Origin: Candidatus Puniceispirillaceae bacterium
GTDB lineage: Bacteria > Pseudomonadota > Alphaproteobacteria > Puniceispirillales > Puniceispirillaceae
Direction: 5' to 3'
Assembly: GCA_049889495.1 (NCBI GenBank)
Contig: JBMHDH010000027.1
Coordinates: forward strand, 252 to 64,251
Length of the DNA: 64,000 nucleotides
Shown: piece by piece, positions 30,613-39,512 of the stretch
Position numbering within the stretch: position 1 is the first letter of the stretch
Layout of the letters: each line of letters starts with the position of its first letter
Notes under the pieces: generated by a model
Seen by the model: the letters and a program-made list of their open reading frames with translations, nothing else
Told to the model about the DNA's origin: nothing
The model's database searches: none
Position numbers and translations under genes: made by a program

Positions 30613-31877
30613 TAGTCATCAACAGCACCAAGGATTAAAGACGCATTTGTACCCCCAAAACCAAAGCTATTTGACATGGCATAACGCACTGTCTTTGTCT
30701 TTGATTCTAATGGCACCAAATCAAAACCTTCCATGGCCTCTTCTGGATCATTTAGGTTCAAAGTCGGTGGTAATTGCCCTGTTTTAATCGCAAGGGTCGA
30801 ATAAATGGCTTCAATCGCACCTGCCGCGCCAAGCAAATGGCCTGTGGCTGATTTTGTGGATGACATAGACACGGTTTCAATCGCCTCACCTAGCAAGCGG
30901 CGCACCGCGCCAGCTTCGATCAAATCACCAAGCGGTGTGGATGTGCCATGCGCGTTAATGTAATCAATATCAGATGGGGTAAGCCCTGCATTACGCAAAG
31001 CCGCTTTCATTGCCCTGAACCCGCCATCACCATCTTCTGCAGGTGCTGTGATGTGATAGGCATCACCAGACAGACCATAGCCTTTCACCTCGCCATAAAT
31101 TTTGGCACCGCGCGCTTTGGCATGTTCATATTCTTCAAGCACCAAAATACCCGCGCCCTCGCCCATCACAAAGCCATCACGCCCCTTATCCCACGGACGT
31201 GAGCCACCTTGCGGATCATCATTATAGCCAGATGATAACGCGCGCGCCGCGGCAAAACCTGCGACACCAAGGCGACAACAAGCCGCCTCTGCCCCACCTG
31301 CAATCATGACATCAGCATCACCAAACATAATCAGACGGCTGGCATCACCAATCGCATGCGCGCCTGTGGAACAGGCTGTTACCACGGCATGATTTGGCCC
31401 TTTGAACCCATATTTGATCGATACATGCCCTGAAATCAGATTAATCAATGCAGATGGAATGAAAAAGGGGCTGATCCGCTTTGGCCCTTTTTCATTCATT
31501 AAGTTACTTGTTTCAACAATTGTTGATAATCCACCAATGCCAGAGCCAATCATTACCCCAGTGCGTTCTTTATCTTCTTCTGTTTCCGCAACCCAGCCTG
31601 AATCAGCCACAGCTTCAATCGCCGCGACAAGACCAAATTGAATAAATTTATCTAATTTGCGTTGGTCTTTTGGGGCAATGTAATCATCCATATTCAGATG
31701 ACCTTCGCCATCTCCTTCAGGTACCTGCCCAGCAATACGACAGCTGATATCTGAAACATCAAAACCCTCAATTGGACCAAGACCAGATTTCCCCGCAATG
31801 ATGGAAGACCAATTATGTTCAACACCTACACCAAGAGGTGTTACCATGCCCATGCCAGTGATGACGACGCGTCTCAT
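30612..31877 (-). CDS. fabF: 3-oxoacyl-ACP synthase II
   Basis: 421-aa ORF with the active-site ACSTGAHAIG, plus NAHGTSTPLGD and SNSFGFGGTNASL. Confidence 0.95.
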   Translation of the reverse strand: MRRVVITGMGMVTPLGVGVEHNWSSIIAGKSGLGPIEGFDVSDISCRIAGQVPEGDGEGHLNMDDYIAPKDQRKLDKFIQFGLVAAIEAVADSGWVAETEEDKERTGVMIGSGIGGLSTIVETSNLMNEKGPKRISPFFIPSALINLISGHVSIKYGFKGPNHAVVTACSTGAHAIGDASRLIMFGDADVMIAGGAEAACCRLGVAGFAAARALSSGYNDDPQGGSRPWDKGRDGFVMGEGAGILVLEEYEHAKARGAKIYGEVKGYGLSGDAYHITAPAEDGDGGFRAMKAALRNAGLTPSDIDYINAHGTSTPLGDLIEAGAVRRLLGEAIETVSMSSTKSATGHLLGAAGAIEAIYSTLAIKTGQLPPTLNLNDPEEAMEGFDLVPLESKTKTVRYAMSNSFGFGGTNASLILGAVDD

Positions 31878-31969
31878 GAATTATCAACCTTATATGTCTT
31901 GTTACAGATATGTTTTATCGCACATGTTTTTTTATCTAAATAAGCCAAACAACCGCCCTAATCAGATAT

Positions 31970-32011
31970 AAAAAAAGCCTTGCTGCATGATTATAACCAA
32001 TGCAGCAAGGC
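31970..32011 (-). terminator. intrinsic terminator/attenuator after acpP
   Basis: On the minus strand there is a 12-bp perfect stem (GCCTTGCTGCAT / ATGCAGCAAGGC) followed by a T-run (A-run 31970-31976 on the plus strand). It lies 30 nt downstream of the acpP stop. Confidence 0.65.
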
Positions 32012-32041
32012 CGTCAAAATCTTTGTTCTCGCATAAGAGAA

Positions 32042-32278
32042 TTAAGAAGCAGCGCCTTCTAGGAAATCAACTGCGTCTTTCACAGTCATGATCTTTTCCG
32101 CAGCGTCGTCAGGAATGTCGCAACCGAATTCTTCTTCGAATGCCATTACCAATTCTACTGTATCTAGGCTGTCTGCGCCCAAATCATCGATAAATGAGGC
32201 ACCTTCAACAACTTTATCAGCGTCAACACCAAGATGCTCAACAACAATAGACTTCACGCGTTCTGCAATATCGCTCAT
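32042..32278 (-). CDS. acpP: acyl carrier protein
   Basis: 78-aa ORF with the phosphopantetheine site [12 protein letters not shown]. Confidence 0.95.
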   Translation of the reverse strand: MSDIAERVKSIVVEHLGVDADKVVEGASFIDDLGADSLDTVELVMAFEEEFGCDIPDDAAEKIMTVKDAVDFLEGAAS

Positions 32279-32379
32279 TATGACCCCCTTTAAGGTTCTG
32301 CGTTTGGGACGCTGGTGTCCCCTGAAACTACGATTATCGCCGAGATAACATATTCAAACCGCTTATGCTAGCCCTAAAA

Positions 32380-33117
32380 TTAAATCATCGCCATCCCGCC
32401 ATTCACATGGATCGTTGCCCCTGTGACATAGCTGGCTTCTTCACTTGCCAAGAAAGTAACAGCGGCCGCGATATCAGCGCCGCTTCCCAAACGACCTGCA
32501 GGGATATTGTTTGTCAATTTCGCTTTTTGTTCTTCAGGCAAAACATCTGTCATTGGTGTGGCAATAAAACCAGGAGCCACAACATTCACAGTTAATCCGC
32601 GACTTGCCACTTCAGCAGCCAATGATTTTGAATAACCAATCATACCAGCCTTAGATGCCGCATAATTGGTTTGCCCCGCATTGCCCGTCACGCCGACAAT
32701 GGAAGATACCGAAATGATACGTCCCCATCTGGCTTTCATCATGGAACGCAACGCGGACCGACATAAAATCATGGTTGCTGTCATATTCACATCAAGCACA
32801 TCATCCCATTCTTCATCTTTCATACGCATAGATAAATTATCTCTGGTGATGCCAGCATTATTGACCAAAATATTGACCTCGCCTGTAAAGGCTGTGGCTT
32901 TTTCAAATAAGCCTGCAACCTCTTCACGGTTCGACAAATTGGCCGTTACCACATGCGCTCTGTTACCTAGCTCGGCGGCAAGCTCATCTAGTTTGGCTTG
33001 TCTTGTGCCATGCAACACAACATCTGCGCCTTGTGCATGCAGCGCGCGGGCCACATCTGCGCCAATACCACCACTTGCGCCAGTGATCAGCGCGGTCTTT
33101 CCAGCTAAGTTAAACAT
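32380..33117 (-). CDS. fabG: 3-oxoacyl-ACP reductase
   Basis: SDR with ALITGASGGIG and YAASKAG, in the fabD-fabG-acpP order. I chose ATG 33117 (MFNLAGKTALITG) over the longer ORF-track start. Confidence 0.95.
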   Translation of the reverse strand: MFNLAGKTALITGASGGIGADVARALHAQGADVVLHGTRQAKLDELAAELGNRAHVVTANLSNREEVAGLFEKATAFTGEVNILVNNAGITRDNLSMRMKDEEWDDVLDVNMTATMILCRSALRSMMKARWGRIISVSSIVGVTGNAGQTNYAASKAGMIGYSKSLAAEVASRGLTVNVVAPGFIATPMTDVLPEEQKAKLTNNIPAGRLGSGADIAAAVTFLASEEASYVTGATIHVNGGMAMI

Positions 33118-33191
33118 CAAAGATACTCCTTTTTGGGATTCAGGAAATGTAAAGGGACCTCGCATGAGGCCCTAATTGATTATGTGACTAT

Positions 33192-34130
33192 TTATGAAAA
33201 ATGGGCCGCGATATCATCTGCTGTTTCAACCGACAGGATTTCGACATCTTTGACGGTGCGTTTCACAAGGCCGCTTAACACCTTACCCGTGCCTAGCTCA
33301 ACAAAGCGCGTCACACCATTGGCCGCCATCGCTTCTAGGGATTCACGCCATCTCACGCGACCTGTCACTTGGCTCACTAAATTAATGCGCAGATTATCCG
33401 CATTTTGCTCTAAGCCCGCTGTCACATTACACATCACAGGAAGAGAGGGTGCCAAAAAGTCTGATTGTGCCAACGCCTCTGCCATCACATCACCCGCTGG
33501 TGCCATTAATGATGAATGGAAAGGCGCGCTAACAGGCAATTGCACAACACGCCGAAGACCTTCTTCGCTGGCGATCGCCATTGCCGCTTTCACTCCTTCA
33601 AGCGAGCCAGAGATAACAACTTGCCCTGGGGCATTATCATTTGCCACTTGCACCGCACCAGCACCTTGGGCTCTGTCGACGATCTCTTCAGCCAAGGCCA
33701 TATCAGCGCCAATTAACGCGGCCATCGCCCCTTTGCCGACTGGCACCGCGGCCTGCATGGCCTCACCTCTGATACGAAGCAGGCGTGCGCCTGTGGCGAT
33801 GTCAAACACCCCTACTGCCGATAGGGCTGAATATTCCCCAAGCGAATGCCCTGCCACCATATCGCCAAATTGGGCCAAATCTTTGCCCGTATGTTCAGCA
33901 ATCGCCGCCACAACGGCCAATGAGCTCGCAAATAAGGCTGGCTGGGCATTGGCTGTCAGCGTTAATTCATCAGCTGGCCCGTCAGCCATAAGCGAGGATA
34001 ATTTTTGTGATAACGCATCATCAACTTGCGCAAGAACTTGTTTTGCAGCATCTGATTGTGATGCCAATGTCGCGGCCATACCTGGGACTTGAGAGCCTTG
34101 GCCTGGAAATAAAAACGCCGTTTTTGTCAT
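33192..34130 (-). CDS. fabD: malonyl-CoA:ACP transacylase
   Basis: Contains FLFPGQGSQ and the active-site GHSLGEYSAL. I chose ATG 34130 (MTKTAFLFPGQGSQ). Confidence 0.95.
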   Translation of the reverse strand: MTKTAFLFPGQGSQVPGMAATLASQSDAAKQVLAQVDDALSQKLSSLMADGPADELTLTANAQPALFASSLAVVAAIAEHTGKDLAQFGDMVAGHSLGEYSALSAVGVFDIATGARLLRIRGEAMQAAVPVGKGAMAALIGADMALAEEIVDRAQGAGAVQVANDNAPGQVVISGSLEGVKAAMAIASEEGLRRVVQLPVSAPFHSSLMAPAGDVMAEALAQSDFLAPSLPVMCNVTAGLEQNADNLRINLVSQVTGRVRWRESLEAMAANGVTRFVELGTGKVLSGLVKRTVKDVEILSVETADDIAAHFS

Positions 34131-34371
34131 GATGTTCCTTTTATATTCCCCTAATGATAACAGCTTGTGTTCACAGCTTTCGATCACAGCATATCTGTTC
34201 TATGCATAATGGCTTAGCCAAGCCTTGTCACCACATCTTTGTGTTTTGTCACCTATGATACCTAAGGTTGTTTGGTGAAACAGTTAAAAAGGCTTGCGTC
34301 TTATGATCTATTTGCCTATAACCCAGCCACATAGTTACCGCACAATGGCAACTATACATAACTCCCTTGCT

Positions 34372-34422
34372 AGCCAGGTATGGTGCCTGCTGGCTTTCCT
34401 CTGTTGGCAAATACCCAACAGA
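34372..34422 (+). promoter_or_regulatory. two stem-loops in the rpsF 5' leader (candidate S6:S18 autoregulatory leader)
   Basis: Stem AGCCAG (34372-34377) pairs with CTGGCT (34390-34395). Stem TCTGTTGG (34400-34407) pairs with CCAACAGA (34415-34422), 30 nt before the rpsF ATG. Only the structure is observed; the function is inferred. Confidence 0.35.
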
Positions 34423-34451
34423 ATTGTGATAATCCATAAGGAGAGAGCGAT

Positions 34452-34853
34452 ATGCGTCTTTATGAAAGCGTGCTGATTGCACGTCAAGATATCTCTACTG
34501 CTCAAGTTGAAACCTTGGTTGATGAATTCTCAGCCATCATTGAAAATGGCGGCGGCAGCATCAAAAAAAGAGAATATTGGGGCCTACGTAGCCTAGCTTA
34601 CCGGATCAAAAAGAACCGCAAAGGCCATTACGTCATGTTGAATCTAGAATCTGATTCAGCCACTTTGAATGAATATGAGCGCATCATGGGTCTGAACGAA
34701 GATATTCTTCGCTTTATGACAATCCGCATTGATGAAGTATCAGACGAGCCATCAATCATGATGCAAGCCAAGCCAGAGCGCGGTGACAGAGGCAGCAGAC
34801 ATAATTCACAGTCTGATAATGCCGCCACCGAAAGCAAGTCAGAGGAGGCATAA
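34452..34853 (+). CDS. rpsF: 30S ribosomal protein S6
   Basis: 133-aa ORF starting MRLYESVLIARQDIS... with an acidic C-terminus, in the rpsF-rpsR-rplI order. Confidence 0.95.
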   Translation: MRLYESVLIARQDISTAQVETLVDEFSAIIENGGGSIKKREYWGLRSLAYRIKKNRKGHYVMLNLESDSATLNEYERIMGLNEDILRFMTIRIDEVSDEPSIMMQAKPERGDRGSRHNSQSDNAATESKSEEA

Positions 34854-35108
34854 ATGACTCAGTTAGAAATCACTCGCAGCGCCGTTCGTCGCCCATTTGG
34901 CCGTCGTCGTAAATCATGTCCTTTCTCTGGCCCAAATGCGCCAAAGATTGATTACAAGGACACAAAGCTTCTTGGTCGCTTTACATCAGAGCGTGGCAAG
35001 ATCGTCCCGTCACGTATTTCTGCGGTATCAGCAAAAAAGCAGCGTGAATTGGCAACAGCCATCAAGCGCGCACGCTATCTTGCTCTCATGCCATATGTGG
35101 ATATGTAG
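34854..35108 (+). CDS. rpsR: 30S ribosomal protein S18
   Basis: 84-aa basic ORF with RRKSCPFSG...IDYKD and a typical S18 core. Confidence 0.95.
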   Translation: MTQLEITRSAVRRPFGRRRKSCPFSGPNAPKIDYKDTKLLGRFTSERGKIVPSRISAVSAKKQRELATAIKRARYLALMPYVDM

Positions 35109-35149
35109 GATTCCCATCCTGACCTTTAAGACGGAGAAAGATTAGAACA

Positions 35150-35788
35150 ATGCAAATCATTCTATTAGAACGTGTTGAAAAACTAGGCCAGATGGGTGAC
35201 GTTGTTACCGTAAAGCCAGGTTACGCACGTAACTTCCTTTTGCCTCGTGGTAAAGCGCTTCGCGCCAACAAGGCAAATCTTGAAAAGTTTGAATCAGAAA
35301 AAGCAGAATTGGTTGCGCGCAACGACAAAGCCAAAGGCGAAGCGATGACGCTTGCCGCTTCTTTGGACGGCGTCGCTGTATCAATCGTCAGAGCCGCTTC
35401 TGAAATGGGCCAGCTATTTGGTTCAGTGAACGCAAGAGACATCTCAGCCGCGCTTGTTGAAGCTGGCCATAATGTTGATCGTCGCCAAATCGTGATGGAC
35501 AAAGCCATCAAGACACTTGGCTTGATTGATATGCGCGTCAATTTGCATGCTGAAGTATCAGTGAACATCACATTGAACATTGCACGTTCATTGGAAGAAG
35601 CTGAAACACAATTGGCATCAGGCAAGGCGGTTATCGCATCTGAACTTCTGGATGAAGAAGATGATGCGCCACAGGCCGAAGCAGTCGCTGAAGAAGCACC
35701 TGCTGAAGAAGAAGCTGCTGAAGAAGCTGCTGCTGAAGAAGCTGCTGCTGAAGAAGAAGCTGCTGAAGAAGCTTCAGAAGAAGCCTAA
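35150..35788 (+). CDS. rplI: 50S ribosomal protein L9 with a long acidic C-terminal extension
   Basis: 212-aa ORF starting MQIILLERVEKLGQMGDVVTVKPGYARNFLLP (canonical L9). After ~aa 165 it continues as an E/A-rich tail. Confidence 0.9.
   Translation: MQIILLERVEKLGQMGDVVTVKPGYARNFLLPRGKALRANKANLEKFESEKAELVARNDKAKGEAMTLAASLDGVAVSIVRAASEMGQLFGSVNARDISAALVEAGHNVDRRQIVMDKAIKTLGLIDMRVNLHAEVSVNITLNIARSLEEAETQLASGKAVIASELLDEEDDAPQAEAVAEEAPAEEEAAEEAAAEEAAAEEEAAEEASEEA
35687..35785 (+). repeat. imperfect GCT/GAA trinucleotide-based tandem repeat encoding the L9 (A/E)n tail
   Basis: gctgaagaa units recur (gctgaagaagaagctgctgaagaagctgctgctgaagaagctgctgctgaagaagaagctgctgaagaa). All six frames are open or low-complexity here. 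Confidence 0.8.
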
Positions 35789-35813
35789 GCTTGCCATAAC
35801 GACTATTGTGATC

Positions 35814-35844
35814 AAAAGGCCAGTTTTTTACTGGCCTTTTTTTT
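35814..35844 (+). terminator. intrinsic terminator after rplI
   Basis: aaaa, stem GGCCAG, loop tttttta, stem CTGGCC, then an 8-T run. It lies 26 nt after the rplI stop. Confidence 0.7.
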
Positions 35845-35907
35845 CGGTCTTTTTTGGACGACCTACATGCCATCTCATCTTCACTGTAAAAAATGATCTT
35901 TTACCCA

Positions 35908-35942
35908 TTATCCCCATTATCCACAATTGCGATGGGGGATAA
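35908..35942. promoter_or_regulatory. cluster of three DnaA-box-like 9-mers upstream of dnaB
   Basis: TTATCCCCA (35908-35916) abuts the perfect consensus TTATCCACA (35917-35925). An inverted TTATCCCCC is the reverse complement of 35934-35942. The dnaB ATG is at 35963. Confidence 0.5.
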
Positions 35943-35962
35943 ATCTTGGCTAAGATATCAAA

Positions 35963-37453
35963 ATGGAACAAAGCACCAGCACATCATCTGTTATCACTTT
36001 GCCAACCAGCGCGGCACGGGAATTGCCCCATAACCTGCAGGCAGAGCAAAATTTGCTTGGGGCTATCTTGCTTGACAACAGCATCACTGACAGGCTTGAT
36101 GACCAGCTGATTGCTGATTATTTCTATGATCCGCTTCATGGCCGCATTTACAGCGCGGCAATGCGCTTAATTGGCAGGGGGCAACTTGCCAACCCTGTGA
36201 CAATGCGCGCTTTTTTCGAAACGGATAAAGGCTTTGGGGATGATGACCCTGAACAATATCTAACAGATTTGGTTGATGGCGTTATTTCTGTATCCGAAGC
36301 CCCTGATTACGCCCATATCATTTATGAGACCTATTTGCGGCGGACCTTGATCAAGATCGCAGATCAAATCGCGCATGAAGCGGCCTTGCCAGATATGGAT
36401 ATGCCCGCCATTCAACAATTGGAAAAAGCAGAACAATATCTGTTTAATTTGGCTGAAAATGATACACCAGATACAGGATTGCGTGGGTTTGAATCTGTCC
36501 TAGCAGGCGCCATTGAAATGGCAGAAGCCGCGGCCAATAGTGACGGCAATCTATCAGGCGTCAGCACTGGCCTGACAGATCTTAATAAATTGATGGGGGG
36601 CTTGCATCGCTCTGATTTGCTCATTTTGGCAGGTCGCCCAGGCATGGGGAAAACCGCCCTTGCCACAAATATCGCTTTCCATGCCGCAACAACAACACGC
36701 ACAGGCGAAACAGCCGTGCCAGTCGCCTTTTTCTCGCTTGAAATGTCAGCTGAACAGCTTGGCATGCGTATTTTGGCAGAAGCCTCAGAACTTGATTCAG
36801 ATGCCATTCGCCGCGGCCGCTTAAAAGGCCCTGAATTTGCCCAGCTTGTCGATGCCAGCACGCGCATTTCATCAGCGTCCTTTTTCATTGATGACACCCC
36901 AGGGTTATCAATCTCGCAAGTTGCCAGCCGCGCCAGACGCTTGAAGCGGACAAATGGGCTTGGCCTGATTGTGGTGGATTATCTGCAATTATTAAGTGCG
37001 CAAATCGGCGTGAAAGCTGAAAACCGTGTCCAAGAAATTTCAAATATCTCACGCTCTCTCAAGGCGCTTGCCAAAGAACTTGATGTGCCTGTGATTGCCT
37101 TGTCGCAATTATCAAGAGCGGTCGAACAACGAGATGATAAACGCCCGAACCTCTCAGATTTGCGCGAATCAGGCTCTATCGAACAAGATGCGGATGTGGT
37201 GTTATTCGTGTATCGCGAGGAATATTACCTATCAAAAGGGGAACCAGAACAAAAAGAATCAGAGACCATCGAAAAATATAATGAACGTTATGAGAGATGG
37301 CGTGAGCGTTTGGAACGCACCAATGGCAAGGCTGAAGTCATTATCGCGAAACAAAGACATGGTCCTGTTGGCACTGTGAATGTCGCATTTGAAGCCAGAT
37401 TAACAAAATTTGGTGATTTGGCGATGGATGACCATTTGCCTCAAGATTTCTAA
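35963..37453 (+). CDS. dnaB: replicative DNA helicase
   Basis: 496-aa ORF. The N-terminus reads LPHNLQAEQNLLGAILLDN, Walker A is GRPGMGKTALA, and the C-terminus reads IIAKQRHGPVGTV. Confidence 0.95.
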   Translation: MEQSTSTSSVITLPTSAARELPHNLQAEQNLLGAILLDNSITDRLDDQLIADYFYDPLHGRIYSAAMRLIGRGQLANPVTMRAFFETDKGFGDDDPEQYLTDLVDGVISVSEAPDYAHIIYETYLRRTLIKIADQIAHEAALPDMDMPAIQQLEKAEQYLFNLAENDTPDTGLRGFESVLAGAIEMAEAAANSDGNLSGVSTGLTDLNKLMGGLHRSDLLILAGRPGMGKTALATNIAFHAATTTRTGETAVPVAFFSLEMSAEQLGMRILAEASELDSDAIRRGRLKGPEFAQLVDASTRISSASFFIDDTPGLSISQVASRARRLKRTNGLGLIVVDYLQLLSAQIGVKAENRVQEISNISRSLKALAKELDVPVIALSQLSRAVEQRDDKRPNLSDLRESGSIEQDADVVLFVYREEYYLSKGEPEQKESETIEKYNERYERWRERLERTNGKAEVIIAKQRHGPVGTVNVAFEARLTKFGDLAMDDHLPQDF

Positions 37454-37484
37454 CAGCGTAAAAAGGGCCATAAGGCTAACTTTT

Positions 37485-37518
37485 GCCATATTGTTCTTAT
37501 AGCCATATTGTTTTTATA
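37485..37518. repeat. tandem 17-nt direct duplication in the dnaB-alr spacer
   Basis: gccatattgttcttata (37485-37501) is followed immediately by gccatattgtttttata (37502-37518), matching at 16/17 positions. Confidence 0.8.
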
Positions 37519-37581
37519 GATGTCTGTTAAGGGCGATCTATCGCCATATCTTTTGTGACCTTCATTTGGGCTAGCTGTATT

Positions 37582-38721
37582 ATGTCAGTTGTGAAATCAA
37601 CCACAGCCACTCTTTCCATTGACCGAGATATCATTGCTGCCAATTGGTCAGCCTTGGATGGCCTATCATCTGAAAATTGTATCACCTCTGCGGTGATTAA
37701 GGCGGATGGCTATGGACTTGGCATGGTGCCTGTCTCACAACGCCTCTATCAGGCAGGGTGCCGCTGTTTTTTCACAGCCAGACTAGAAGAAGCGATCACA
37801 TTACGCACGGCCTTAAACGCCATTCATGCCAGCCATGCCAAAATTATGGTGCTAGATGGGCTCGGTACAGATCAAGCCGCGCTATTTGCTGAATATGATC
37901 TCATCCCTGTTCTCAATGATTTGGGGCAAATTGAGACCGCAAAACAGGCCGCAAGTCAGAACAAGCAAGCTGTCCCAGTATGTTTACATAGCGATACAGC
38001 GATGGCACGTCTCGGCCTTTCTGCAAAAGATAGGGACCAGCTTTTGGCAGATCAAACCGCGCTTAATGGGCTTGATATCAGCTATCTTCTCTCGCATCTT
38101 GCCAGCTCTGATGACAAACAAAGCCCACAAAATCAGACCCAATTGGCGCTGTTTCGCTCCCATCTATCGCAATTCTCACAACATATCTCTTCTCCTGTGA
38201 AAGCAAGCCTTGCCAATTCTGGCGGCATCTTTTTAGGAAGCGATTATCATTTTGATATGACCAGACCTGGCATTGCGCTTTATGGCATCACCGCAGACGA
38301 GGCAGATCAAAAAACGGTACGTAATTGTTTTTCATTATCCGCTGATATTTTACAGATCAGAGAGGTCCCAAAAGGCACCAGCGTCGGCTATGGCGCCAGC
38401 TTTATCACCCTGCGCCCCATGCGGCTTGCCACGCTTGGCATCGGATATGCTGATGGTATTTTGCGTCATTATCAGCCCCATTTACAGCCACGCATTGGCG
38501 GTTACGCTTGTCCGATGGTTGGCAGAATTTCAATGGATAGCTGTGTCATTGATATCTCAGATATCCCAGAGGGGGTTTTGGCAAATCAAAAGGCAGCCAT
38601 CTTATTTGATGATGATTTTACACCAGCTGATTTGGCACCAAAAATCGATTCTATTGCTTATGAAATCATGACAATGCTTGGCGAACGGCTTGCACGCCAC
38701 TATGATGGGGCAAAGACCTAA
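37582..38721 (+). CDS. alr: alanine racemase
   Basis: The ORF carries the PLP-lysine block AVIKADGYGLG and a C-terminal YEIMTMLG. I chose ATG 37582 over GTG 37555. dnaB-alr adjacency is common. Confidence 0.85.
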   Translation: MSVVKSTTATLSIDRDIIAANWSALDGLSSENCITSAVIKADGYGLGMVPVSQRLYQAGCRCFFTARLEEAITLRTALNAIHASHAKIMVLDGLGTDQAALFAEYDLIPVLNDLGQIETAKQAASQNKQAVPVCLHSDTAMARLGLSAKDRDQLLADQTALNGLDISYLLSHLASSDDKQSPQNQTQLALFRSHLSQFSQHISSPVKASLANSGGIFLGSDYHFDMTRPGIALYGITADEADQKTVRNCFSLSADILQIREVPKGTSVGYGASFITLRPMRLATLGIGYADGILRHYQPHLQPRIGGYACPMVGRISMDSCVIDISDIPEGVLANQKAAILFDDDFTPADLAPKIDSIAYEIMTMLGERLARHYDGAKT

Positions 38722-38736
38722 AAAGGATCAGGGCAT

Positions 38737-39510
38737 ATGCGGTTTTTGCAACAAATAGGACAAGCAGCATTTCACTTTCTAGCATCGCTTGGTCGTCTGG
38801 CATTTTTCACAGCCGCGGCCGTACGTTGGACCATCCAGCCCCCCTATTATGGCAGGCAAATTGGCAGGCAAATCATTGATATCGGGTATTATTCTTTGCC
38901 TGTTGTTGGGCTGACCACCTTGTTTTCTGGCATGGTACTTGCTTTGCAATCTTATACAGGTTTTGCACGTTTTTCAGCAGAAGACACTGTGGCAACCGTT
39001 GTCGTGTTATCTGTAACAAGAGAATTAGGTCCTGTTTTGGCAGGGCTGATGGTGGCAGGACGTATTGGTGCCTCTATGGCTGCTGAGATTGGCACCATGC
39101 GTGTCACAGATCAAATTGACGCGCTTGACACATTATCAACACGTCCGATGCAATATTTGGTGGCCCCTCGTTTGCTCGCAGGCACCATTTGTTTGCCCTT
39201 TTTGGTCATCATCGGGGATATTATTGGCGTCTTTGGCGGCTATATTGTGGGGGTGTATCGTCTTGGCTTTAACGCAACCCTTTATTTAGATCGCACCATG
39301 CAATTCTTGGAAGTGGCAGATGTTATGTTGGGCGTGATCAAGGCCGCTGTCTTTGGCTTTTTAATTGCCTTAATGGGATGTTATCACGGCTATCATTCTG
39401 GCAGAGGTGCGGAAGGGGTTGGGCTCGCCACCACCAATGCGGTTGTGTCATCGTCTATTTTCATTCTGATTGCCAATTACATGGTAACAGCCCTGTTTTT
39501 CGGAGTGTGA
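38737..39510 (+). CDS. mlaE: MlaE-family ABC transporter permease
   Basis: 257-aa polytopic ORF of the MlaE/YrbE type (ELGPVLAGLMVAGRIGASMAAEIGTMRVTDQIDAL). Confidence 0.8.
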   Translation: MRFLQQIGQAAFHFLASLGRLAFFTAAAVRWTIQPPYYGRQIGRQIIDIGYYSLPVVGLTTLFSGMVLALQSYTGFARFSAEDTVATVVVLSVTRELGPVLAGLMVAGRIGASMAAEIGTMRVTDQIDALDTLSTRPMQYLVAPRLLAGTICLPFLVIIGDIIGVFGGYIVGVYRLGFNATLYLDRTMQFLEVADVMLGVIKAAVFGFLIALMGCYHGYHSGRGAEGVGLATTNAVVSSSIFILIANYMVTALFFGV

Positions 39511-39512
39511 TT

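Noticed and set aside
33133-34092. 319-aa plus-strand ORF antisense to fabD
   Set aside because: It overlaps fabD entirely, and fabD has unmistakable motifs (GQGSQ, GHSLGEY). Its translation is Ala/Ser/Thr/Pro-rich with no recognisable motif, typical of a shadow ORF opposite a real gene.
34249-34482. 77-aa minus-strand and 60-aa plus-strand ORFs in the fabD-rpsF spacer
   Set aside because: They overlap each other and the rpsF start. They have no SD sequence and an odd composition. The region is better explained as promoter plus structured rpsF leader.
35580-35942. 120-aa plus-strand and 80-aa minus-strand ORFs (LLKKK / QQLL repeats) over the rplI 3' end
   Set aside because: They are alternative frames of the GCT/GAA repeat that encodes the L9 acidic tail. 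The repeat keeps all frames open, and the terminator at 35814-35844 lies inside the plus-strand ORF.
35880-35965. Possibility that the DnaA-box cluster upstream of dnaB marks the chromosomal origin
   Set aside because: There are only three boxes in a 170-nt spacer. There is no obvious array of AT-rich 13-mers and no further boxes nearby. The flanking genes (rplI, dnaB) are not the usual alphaproteobacterial oriC neighbours. A regulatory or titration site is more plausible, though GC-skew would be needed to be sure.
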